DNA of 64,000 bases from Hydrolagus colliei (lineage: Eukaryota). The stretch is from assembly GCA_035084275.1 (NCBI GenBank), contig CM068749.1, positions 17,174,001 to 17,238,000 of the forward strand, given 5' to 3'. This document shows positions 40,801 to 51,422 of the stretch, in pieces; position 1 is the stretch's first letter, and each line of letters starts with the position of its first letter. The translations under genes were made by a program, and so were the position numbers. Under the pieces are notes generated by a model, which was not told the origin of the DNA, made no database searches, and saw only the letters and a program-made list of their open reading frames with translations.

Positions 40801-42337
40801 CATTTATTTTGATTTCATTCTAAAAAAATTGTTCCTGTTCCATTTTATGTAAAAATAGCTTGCTATACAGTATTTATAGCTATTGTGCCCTCCGAGAAAT
40901 GGATTGGTTCAATCCTGTTCCCATGCCTTTCAGGCACTTAGAGGCACCACCCAGTCATTTATGTTCTCCTTTGACTTTTCAGATCAGTGTCAATGTTTTC
41001 TCAATTAAAAGAGTTCATGCTCCATTTCAACTTCACAGGCAAAACACCCCGTTCTTGCTTTAAAAAAAAATGCCAACCCAAGTCCCCTCTAGTATTAATG
41101 CATTCATGAAACTGTCCTTTCCTCTGTACATCATCTCTTCAACAGTTGTGGAGATTAATTATCAGGCTCTGCCTCTCTTAGGCCCTGTCATCCCCTGAAG
41201 GAGCCCAGGTATTAGTACCTTTGTCTCCTTATCTCAAAGAATCTTCCACATTCCTTTAAGTTTCCTCTTCAATTGCTTGGACTTCCTAACCATTGAATCA
41301 ATAATATTATCACTGCATTCATGTAATACTAGAAGTTTCAAGGCACCTGTTTTGCAACATTAAAGTTATGTGGAATACATTTTCTACTGCTAATTGAACA
41401 TTCATTTTATGTTTAAATCTCCCTCCTCCGGTGGGATTATTAAGCAATAATGGCACATCTGAAACTTGATTTACTTTTTTTTGTCCCTGTGTAGATCAAT
41501 GCACTCAGCCTAATCCTCACCCATTTGAAAAACCCCAGGGTCAGAGTTAGGCAGAAATAAAAGCTGACAGGAAGGAAATAACTTATTTTAATATTTCTAG
41601 ATTAACACAACGATTGGAACAGACCTTTGAAAGCACAGCTTCACATCACATGGATTATTTTCTCACAGTCGAGGAAGCAGGCGTTACACTCATTTAAATG
41701 CACTGTTTCAGGTGACAACATATTGAAGAGTGATTTCAACGTCAAATGAATGTACTGGCAACCCAATAAAAAAAATGATGGTGTAAAGCTCAACAGCAAA
41801 TGACAGACTACTCTAATAAACGAACACTGGTATAAATTAACACAGTGAAACACTTTTATAGAGCATTTACAGTCAACGTCACGAAAATTGACTCTGCTAT
41901 TCTTCAGAGAACCCAACACTTAAACGTTTTTTTTAAAATGTTTAAGCACAACCCCCACCCCCCACTCACACACCAGAATTAGTTTGTTATCTTTTTCTTA
42001 CATTCCAGTCACAGAGGTATATTTGCGAATGATTATTCCTTTGAATTATTTGTAAAATGGGATTTGGAAGGCAGCTATTATGAGCTGCAAAGGAAGTGGC
42101 CCCCACCCAACCCTTCTGTGGTGGGTAATTTAAGACGTTCACACGAACCACACGTTTACACAGTGACAAGATTAAATGGAAAAGCTCAATGTCTACTCAT
42201 CACTGTACTGTATTCTGCTGTCTGTCTCGGTGTCTGTCTGTGTTTGTCTGACCAAACAAGCAAATGTATTGCAAGTGAAAAGACGTGCAAACATTTGCCT
42301 TCTTAGGATAATCACTTAACAAACCGCTTTTCCTGTT

Positions 42338-42400
42338 GCACACACACACACACTCCCTCCCCCCCCCCCCCCCACCCCCTCTCTCTCTCTCTCTCTCTCA
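42338..42400. repeat. Compound microsatellite (CA)n-polyC-(CT)n
   Basis: Seen directly. Confidence 0.95.
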
Positions 42401-43541
42401 ATGAACACTCAACTCGGGTCGCCTTAACCTCGTCAACGTGGGGGATTTGGGGACATATTAACAGCAAAGCAAAGCAAAGAGCAGAGGGAAGTTTCCATAG
42501 CGGAATTCCACACCAAAAAAATGTGGTTGGTTGGTTGGTGATTTGTGACAGTGTGTGACAGCATCGATAGCTCAGTGTGATCGCTTACTGCAACTCACAG
42601 ATCACTCAGTGGGTTTCCAGCCCATTCCAGATTGCATTTTCAAACAAAATTAAGGGAACCACGTTTATTTAAAATGTGATTTTTTTTTAGGTGAACGCCT
42701 GTGTGTGTATATGTGTGTGAGTTTGCGTGTGCCACGTTCCCTTTGCTACAGTAATATCCAGACGTGCTGGGCGGTGGGGGTGGTTGAGGGTTCATTGCTC
42801 GCCAGTGTGAAGCAATGGTCTCTGGCACGTTCAGTCAAGATGTGTTTGCCTCGAACCATGGGTCATGTAGCCAGCCACACAAGCGCGTCTGTTCATCTCC
42901 ATCGACCTCAATGCATCTCCTTAATAAGCAACAATAACCCTGGTCCAATCTTCCACACAGCGAGCAATCCGCCTGACATTACACATGACATCCAGGTGGG
43001 AAAGCAAAATGTGATTTAAAAAAATATATGTACGATAATTTTTTAAATATTTTTGCCAGAGGTCTGAATAAAAATGACTTTCAAAAAAAAAGTTTTTAAA
43101 CGAGGTTAAGTAAAGAGGCGAATTCTAACTGGCGTAAAGAAACTGCACTTTTAAAGGGAGATGGTGCTAATATGGATCCGGTTGCCAATAGCTGTGCTGC
43201 GTGTAAAGCAGTGAGGCAGATATTCAGTTAAGTCAAGTAGTCACAGATGTAGTGTAACCCGGGTGTGTAACTGTCTGTCTCTAGCAAGGTCTAACGTGGT
43301 ATCGGGACCGCGCTGGTAGCTCTACAGGGCGGAGTTGTGAATGCAAATGTGCCAGGAATGAAATCAAAGCCAATGGATCTTGTGTGTCCACGTTGCCAGC
43401 CTTCCTTCCTTTTCCAACCAGCAGTGAGTCCAGGTTTGGTTAGTTATTAAGTTAGCTGGTTGGTTAGTTATTTAGTTTCCTCTCTCGGCATGTGGAGCCT
43501 AGGTTTACACATAAAACGCTCCATTCCCAGCACACCAGGCA

Positions 43542-43544
<3 letters not shown>

Positions 43545-43577
<33 letters not shown>

Positions 43578-43720
43578 CACACTTAATAGAAGCTTTCACG
43601 TTTGTCGCCGTTGTCAGATGCATGAGATTCTTGTTTTTAAAAAATATATATTATTGTGATTATTATGATTTCCAAAGGCTTCCCTCCCTCCCTCCCTCCC
43701 TCCCTCACTCACTCACTCCA
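43545..43720. repeat. (CA)n at 43545-43572 and (CCCT)n/(CACT)n at 43681-43720
   Basis: Seen directly. Confidence 0.9.
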
Positions 43721-44026
43721 TCCACTGTATAACCACTGTTTCATCATCTGGAGTCAATTACGTTATCAGCCAAAAGAATTCACCTCGGGCCTTTGCGGAT
43801 TCAGCCAGAATCGACTTAAAACTTGTAACACACGTTGTTCTGAGCAGCTTGCAGAATATACAAGTGACTGGAGTGGAGCTGGGCAGTCGAGAGCAAAGGG
43901 GTTGTGGGGTTTTTTTTTTGCAACGAACGAGGTAGATAAACAAATCAGTTGATACAGAAATAACAACAAATATCCTTCAGTACGAATCATCCAATTGTTT
44001 TGCCCATAAATACTATTGCCCATAAA

Positions 44027-44092
44027 TACACACACACACACACACACAGAGACATATACACACACAGACATGTATACATACACACACACACA
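44027..44092. repeat. Interrupted (CA)n microsatellite
   Basis: Seen directly. Confidence 0.9.
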
Positions 44093-45267
44093 TCTCCAGA
44101 ATAGAGCACACCAAACAACTCCACAAATAAACTATGTTCTATATCCAATCAGCTTTTGCAAAACACTTCCCGATAAACCACCCCCCTCCCCCCAATCCCC
44201 AATAATAGATATAGGGCGATGTCTGCGTCTATTTCGCTTTATTGCATATTTGACAATTAGATAGTATCTTTCTTCCGATCGCCCCCCCCCCCTCCCCCCC
44301 GCCTCTTATGTAAAAACAAGCCAACTCATGATTTCCCCCAATGAAGGGGGGGGGGGGGGGGGATGTCCTGTCGTTGTTAATCCTCCACTTTAACCCTTTG
44401 CAGCACCGCGCTACATCACAACAACAACAACAACAACACTGTGATATTAAGAATTAAGGTTTCTTCCTGATCCCTTTCCCCAATCTCACCCGCATCCGTG
44501 CAGCTCTGTCGCCCAGATATACACCTAATACATCTATATACAGGTCTACCTATGTTCTCCATCCAGGAATAGTACTTTGGGGGCGGGCAGAGCTGAATGC
44601 ACAGTCTGAAAGCCGAAGGAGGAAAACGGGATTGAACGGGTTAACCATTACTCACGAAACACAGTTTTATTAGCAACGCTGAGCAGGAAGTGTGGATCCT
44701 CAGCTGCCATGTTTTTAAATAGAAAGGAAAGAACAACTATTCCGAAAAGATCCCGCTCACCAGCGATTAATCAATCAGATAAAGTGAAATACAAGTCACA
44801 CAAAGCACATCGTCATGTCACGGTGTGATAGCCCAGCTCTGCGGTATCGATACGAGTGTAGACTTCAGCAAAGCCCCTGCCTGACCTGCCTGCTCGCCCC
44901 CTCTATTCCTCCCCCCTCCTCCTCCCCCTTCAATCTCACTGCCCACTGATAACACTCAACATTCGCTGGTCTAGTCAGCCGCCCTCATGTCTTAAAAGAC
45001 ATTTTACAAGCGTTTCAATGAAAACCACAGCCACGACATGTGCAGCATCTGTCTCCCAGAGATAAGACGTTTCAGGCAAACAATCACCAGCGACTTTAAA
45101 GGTGTGCTTTTCTCTCTCCCTCTCTCTCTCTACAAAAAAAAAGTGACTTTCAGCAAAAAAAACCACACACACACACAGCATTTCCAGCTGACATGTAAAC
45201 CCACAACAATGCTTTCATGTGTGGAAAATCACCACCAGTTGCAATAGGATCACACAGGACTCAAAAA

Positions 45268-45392
45268 TTCGCCCACAAATATATACAGTCAATTCACTTT
45301 ACAGTATATTCTGTGAAGCGCTTTGGGACGTTGATAAGATGTGGAAAGCGCTATATCAAATGCAAGGATTATTATTATTATTATTATTATTA
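45268..45392 (+). mobile_element. Very young DeuSINE 3' tail in intron 1
   Basis: Differs from the 19535 copy at only about 2 positions over roughly 100 nt; long (TTA)n tail. Confidence 0.93.
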
Positions 45393-46278
45393 AAGAGCTG
45401 ACGTGCACAGACACTAGTAGTGACTTGAGTTGCAACTCTACTGACTTGACTGACTGACTTGACTGACTACCTGAGCTGCAGTGACTGAACCATCAACGTG
45501 TATTTGTATCCACAAAACATTACCTGTCGATATCAACACCAGGAAGGTCAGCACAGCCCAAAACCGAGACTGGCTTCTGTGCAATGTAAATAATAACACG
45601 TAGAAGCCCCGCGATAAACCTTGGGATCACCGACAAAACATTTGGGGAGATTTTGTTTTGTGGGGGGGGGGGGGGGGGTGGGGGGTCATCTACCTATCCT
45701 GTCCAAAGCACTGTCCAAACGTGACTGGGGGTGGCAACGAACCAGGAATGTTTGTAACCACAATACAGACAGTGTAATGAACACATCTCTGATGCTGACA
45801 CTAACAGAACGAGGGGGTGGTGGAGGGGGGGGTAAAGCTTACCATACTTGAGGTGGGGGGTTAAATATTTAGAATGAGCCTGATTTGCTCTCCCCACGAC
45901 CAAACGAAGTAGCCGACGCAAGCAAGACAAGCCGACACACCGTGCCAAATATGTATCTGCTTTACAAAGCATTGGAAAACGACCAATTTACTAATATCCC
46001 ACCGCCACACTTGTCTTGACTGTCTGTCTGTCTGTCTGTGTGTAAACGGTCTCGTTAAACTGCCTCGGAAATGTGTTTGGCAGAATTATAGGTGACATCG
46101 ATATCGGAAGATGAGTCATTCACAAGTCACTCGTAACAATTAATTAAATCCAACTGAGACATGGGTCCAAGAGATTCCTGCCTACTGTGTGTGTGTGTAT
46201 GTGTGTGTGTGTGTTTGCTGGGTTATCGTAAGGTGCCCTATACAAACACAGGTTATCCAATGCTAGGGATTTACTTAC

Positions 46279-46334
46279 GTTTTCACGGGGGGAGAGATGA
46301 TTCCACGCCTTGTCCTTTGGGCTCCTAAATGCAT
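46279..46334 (-). CDS. col24a1: col24a1 coding exon 1 (56 nt; MHLGAQRTRRGIISPPVK + AC)
   Basis: ATG at 46334, phase-2 donor AC|gtaagt; peptide resembles human MHLRAHRTRRGKVSPTAKT. Confidence 0.93.
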
Positions 46335-47250
46335 TTGTATGCATTTGTCCAAGCAGCGAAGTCCGAACTGAAAACAGAATTCGACAGCGAAGCTGATTCA
46401 TATACAGTGTGCATGCAAACCAATGCTGGCGGAACACACACACACCACACACACACACTACCACACCGACACAGAGTCCAGACCTAGCACGTTAGCCACA
46501 TGTTGCAGACTGGGGGCTGTATGATTTCAGGACTGCATCGTTCCTCCAAGCAAAGAAGCAACAAACTCTCCCAGACACTGGCGTGGATCGGTAGGTAGGT
46601 AGGTAGGTAGGTAGATAGGTGGGTAGTTGGATGGGTGCAGATGCTGTACTGTGGACGAGCAAGCTTTCAGACTGGAGAGAATGGCATGTGGATAATGACA
46701 AACTGTGTATGTGTGTGTGTGTGAGAGAGAGAATGTGTGTGAGAGAGAGTATGCGTGTGTACGTATGAGAGAGAATGTGTGTGTGTATATATATAAGAGA
46801 GTATGTGTGTATAATACGTATGAGAGATACGCGTGTGTATGTATGAGAGAGAGAGAGAGAGAGAGAGATAGAGTGTATGTGTGTGTATGTCAGAAGTCTT
46901 GTGTTGAGTGTCAGTGTCTTGAATGCCAAGTAAACTGCGAGCAGCCGCTCCTAGTCCTCCCTGACGCCCCTCTAGGCATTAACTTCAGGAGGTGCCTTAA
47001 CTTGCCAGTGAAAGGGGGGGGATCGAGGGAAGGAGATGTATTGCTTAGTCGGTGTTAGGTTTCAGCGGTGACATCACAGCCCTTATCTGACTTCAATGTG
47101 CAGTCTCTCAAACAGACTTGCTTTGCTCTGGTATTCTCTCTGCGCTGTCTCCAACCAAGTACTGACTGCAGACACACAAGCACTAACTAAACAAGTACAG
47201 TACCACTAACAACCCTCCCACCCCTACCCCCCCACACACACAGCGACTCA
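46335..47250 (-). promoter_or_regulatory. Probable col24a1 5'UTR and proximal promoter, with tandem CRE/AP-1-like octamers TGACATCA (47069-47076) and TGACTTCA (47088-47095)
   Basis: Directly upstream of the start codon; locally raised CpG; each octamer is one mismatch from TGACGTCA. The TSS cannot be determined from sequence alone. Confidence 0.6.
46590..46890. repeat. (GTAG)n followed by a long compound (GT)/(GA)/(TA) dinucleotide array upstream of the start codon
   Basis: Seen directly: 46590-46625 and 46704-46890. Confidence 0.95.
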
Positions 47251-49554
47251 TTCTCTGAATGCAAATCCAAGAGGAAACTCATTCTGACTCCCCCCCCCCC
47301 CCCCCCCACCACACACACACACACAGACACAAAAAAGCCCCAAAAATCTAAATAATAAAAATGATTCCAACAAAAAGAAAATATTTTTGTAAACAGGGAG
47401 ACAGACAGAGCTAAGGCACAAAATGACCCCAGTATATTGTAACTTTACACACACAAACCCCCCTCAACTATTTAGCACAGGAACCTTTTCCAATGGTAGT
47501 TAAACAGCCCACATCATTACATCATTGTCATACATTGCCCCCCCCCGCCCCACCACCAATGAAATGCATTGCCTACAATTCAAATCAGCCAAGTCACATT
47601 TGTCCAACAGCCAGCACACAGTAAAACTACTCCTGTTGTTGGCGGTGGAACATTTCTTGAAGACACCTGTCTTGGTGTCAGTGCTGAGAGCAAATAAACG
47701 AAGGATGACAACTGGAAGCAACTCACCTAGAAAGACCAACTGAAAACATCGCCCCCCCACCCCCCCCAAAAAAAGGTGACAAGCTCTCTCTCTCTCTCTC
47801 ACTCCCCACTGGCGTCTTTTCCTCCCAGAGGGAGGGGAGGGGAGAGGTTGGGGGTGTTGACCGACTGTCAAGATCGAATTTACAGTGAGAGTTAATCAGC
47901 CAAACTCGGGTTTTATTTTATTTGGGGGGGGACATTGGAATCCGAAATAGGCTATTTCCGTCTGCACATCTTCCTGCTGTTCCCACTGTGCAAAACACAC
48001 AACCTCGCACCAGAAATCACCGGAGTCTGCAACGCAAACTGTTAAGATCATCGCCCAAGTACTTCTGCACACACAAGCTTCCGAGCAAATACAACTGAGT
48101 GGAGATTGTTCTTGCATCCAAAATGTACCACACACACACACACAGTACACACGTGTAAGGGAGGGAGAGGGGAGAGAGAGAAAGGGAGGGGGTTGAGAGG
48201 ATTGGCATGAACATATACACGTTACATTCAATCACTTTTGAAACGTTGTGCAAATAAGGTTACCCTAAACATCTGCTACAACATTTCAACGGATCGTTCA
48301 AGTTGACGAAAAACAATATCTACCTATTCCTTCAACCCTGTTTGTTCCCCCTCGTTTGCCAAATCCAGTGTTGCAACCAGACTGGATTTTGTTTGTGGGG
48401 GGGGGGGGGAGGGTCTGCTGTTAATATAACTCTTGATTGTTTGTCCAGGGATCAAACAAAACATAGTTTGGCAGTGATGCCCCCCCCCCCCCCACACACA
48501 CACTAACCAGTGACTAATTCGCTTTAAAGTAAAGGACTAGTGATTTGTTATTGCTGGCTTTGCAGATACTCTTATTCACAGAGCCAGCTACCAGCAAAAC
48601 CAACAGAGCCAAAGTTACCGCAGCGCCTCCCTCGGGGGCTCTCCTGTTGACCTGGAGATAGCCAGTGCAATACTAACCTACAGTAAGGAAATATCAACCG
48701 GAGCTGTGCGTTTCTATATCACTGGATTGATGAACGTGGCAATGTGGTTGTGACTGACAATTGAACGTGGTTTAAAACAATGAGGCTTCTTCCTCGACTG
48801 CTTCCTCGGAGTCTTGGTGGGGGGGGGGGGGGGACACACACACACACTAATATTTACCAAAGAAGGTCACTGCTTGGCAAAAAAAAACCCGGTAATTAAG
48901 TCCAGTGTTTTGGGGTTCACCATTTACCTGTGTTTTAAGGGCAAGGACAATCACACTTTGCAGAAACTTCTTCTCAAGAGACTCAATGGGTCGTGAAGGG
49001 TCTAGGATAGTGAGATTGGAAACAATTGCAACGTGGAAATAGGTATCTCTCCTCCCACCCCCCTACTCGTTCCTCCTCTATATCTTCTCACAAGGAATCC
49101 CCCGAAGTGCAAGCTGTCCATCTATCTCAACAAGGAAGAGACGAACAGGAAGGAGGTGGCTGCTGTCAGTGGAGAGGTTGATTAACAGCTAGGTTGCTGA
49201 GCACAGTAAGCAAAGTTAATTAACAAGGATGTGATTGGATTAACACATCCAGGAGCCAATTAGATAGTCAGCAAACAAATCACTTAAGGGTCTACACTTG
49301 GATCTGCATTAACTATTATGGTCCTCTACAATTCGATGAAGCAATGATGTGTCATGATTTCACACCTGGTTCCAACTCTTCTCCCCACCTTGTTTTCTTT
49401 TATCTTCATTATTATATATAAAAAGTATGGTAATCAAGTCACTAGTTATCTCCCGTTTTCCCAAAGTATGGTTAGGAAATGGGGGCATGATTGGAAGCTA
49501 GGATTGACGGATATATATTTTAATATTGTTATTGCAATTGTTTTCAGTTACAAC

Positions 49555-49625
49555 ACATCTGCCTGTTCAGGTGGACATTGATAAATCCCATGATATTGGA
49601 AAAGAGTTCTGGCCAATACTCATTC
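49555..49625 (+). mobile_element. Old Deu-core SINE relic
   Basis: ctgcctgttcaggtggacattgataaatcccatg...gagttctggccaata, similar to 13440-13510. Confidence 0.65.
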
Positions 49626-51254
49626 TGTGTTTGCCTAACAAAGTAGTCACCACACAACTGCAATCCCTGAGAAGCACATAGAGATGTTCTGATGTGATAA
49701 AGCACCATTAAAGGCCAGTTTTTTCCAATTGTGATTGATCCTTATTGGGTGGTCCATGTTTCTAGTTCTTGCATCTGGGTCATTTATTATGGTTGCTTGT
49801 TTTCTCAATGGCTGGTGAGTTTGATTGCACTGCCAAAGAGTTTTATGAGCTGTAATGGGATGGTGGTACACATTATTGAAGCAATCTGGGAAGCATTACC
49901 CGCTTGCAGAACACTAGATTTGAGCACTATATATATTGGTGTATTGGAACATTTCTCCTGATGCTACCTTAAATATAGCCTACTCAGACTGGGCCACTTA
50001 TATGTACTGTATGTGTGTGTGTATATATCTATATATATATATATATCTTGTGATGGGTAAGGATCTCCTGAGACAAGATTATGGAATGTAGATTGTGAAC
50101 TAGTAAGCTACGTGCTTGCCAGTTCTCTGATTTAGGGAGTCCCAGTGGAAATGTGTTGGGTGAGGTTTGATTGTGTGAAGTCTAATCTTGTTGATTTCAC
50201 ACATCAGTGAACATTGTGCTATCTCCACTAAGTCCCACCAATGTCGTGTTGAGTCTTGGGATGATTTATGTAGATGGGAAGCAGTATAATACTAAACTAT
50301 AATACTACTGAATATGGAGGCTCTTGGCAGGTAGCTCATGGATGGGTGTTCTACTTGTCAAAAGGGAGTTAACAAGGCTGCTACATAAGATATTGAACCA
50401 TATTTTTAGTTGAAACCTTTATGGAATGCAGGTGGGCAATGCATATTAGCTACGTCAAAGAATATTAGCTACTTAGCTATTTCATATAAGTCTAACAAAG
50501 GCAATGTTAGGCCATACAAACCTGAAGTGCAGATTCCAATCCAAATCTGTGCTGAGTTAACTAATTTGGACAGCAGTGGTGGGCAGTACAGTTGGTCTCA
50601 GATTCCTTGCTTTACATGTGATGGATATTTTTATACAATTAACAAATGTGAAATAATTCATGCATTACAAATTAATTTACTGAAATCAAAGGAGTTAGGA
50701 ACTGAACTCATTTCTTACTTGCACAATGCATAAATAGGGCCATCTTTCCCACTGTTGGGAGAATATAATTTTTCATTACACTTGTACTTTCATCCTTGTC
50801 ACTATTTACACTCAGATATGGCTAGCACAAAGCGAACCAGTCATATATATGGGAATAAAACGTGGGATGAGAAAATCTCATTTGCTCAATCAAACCTGTA
50901 CTCAAACCCTATCCTTATGTCATACAGTACTGTATATCCAAACCTACCCAACCCTCCCAGCTGCGCCATCTACTGGCGTGAGGGAAGAAATATTGAATAA
51001 TCCTCCCAGAATTTAAAGCCCAGTTATTCAAAAAAACTCCAGAACACTTGTGCTTGTTCAGTTAAATACATGGAATTGCTATAGCTGAGAAGTACAAAGA
51101 CTAATTCAACAGGAGAGAAATATAATATACAAATAGCTAATGTGTAATTGAAATAAAGTTGTTCAAATAAAAAGTCCTATCATGCGTTTGCCTAATCGTG
51201 AAATGAATCCTAGCCAGAGATTCTCATTGTTATTTTATAAAGTTAAATAATAAT

Positions 51255-51422
51255 ATAATAATAGTAATTCTTGCACTTGACACAGCATTTTTCATGTCTT
51301 CCAGATGTCTCAAAGCACTTCACAGAATATACTGTAAAGTGAATTGACTACTGTATATATTTGTGGGCAAAACGCGGCAGCCAATTGCGCACAGCAGTGT
51401 CTCACAAGCAGTCATGCATTGA
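51255..51422 (-). mobile_element. DeuSINE 3' half
   Basis: ttgcacttgacacagc...cacagaatatactgtaaagtgaattgact...gcagccaattgcgcacagcagtgtc. Confidence 0.9.

Larger units (their letters stand above)
2297..46334 (-). other. col24a1: Collagen type XXIV alpha 1 gene, 5' portion (coding exons 1-7; continues beyond window start)
   Basis: The spliced translation is MHLGAQRTRRGIISPPVKT-NSLLFLLTVCMTAGIAQGHAQ-GIDILQKLG...SHRVNNAFLFSIRNKNRLQFGVQILPRKLVV...[36 protein letters not shown]. It closely matches human COL24A1 as I recall it (MHLRAHRTRRGKVSPTAKTKSLLHF...GIDIL...SHRVNNAFLFSIRNKNRLQLGVQLLPKKL). All introns are GT-AG with consistent phases. Confidence 0.95.

Noticed and set aside
40300-41350. Possible very old CR1 fragments (also about 12650-13090 and 13890-14060)
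   Set aside because: Only faint motif resemblance; boundaries cannot be supported without a repeat-library search.
46492-47058. 145-aa and 117-aa ORFs rich in HT/VC/ER repeats
   Set aside because: Translations of dinucleotide microsatellites.
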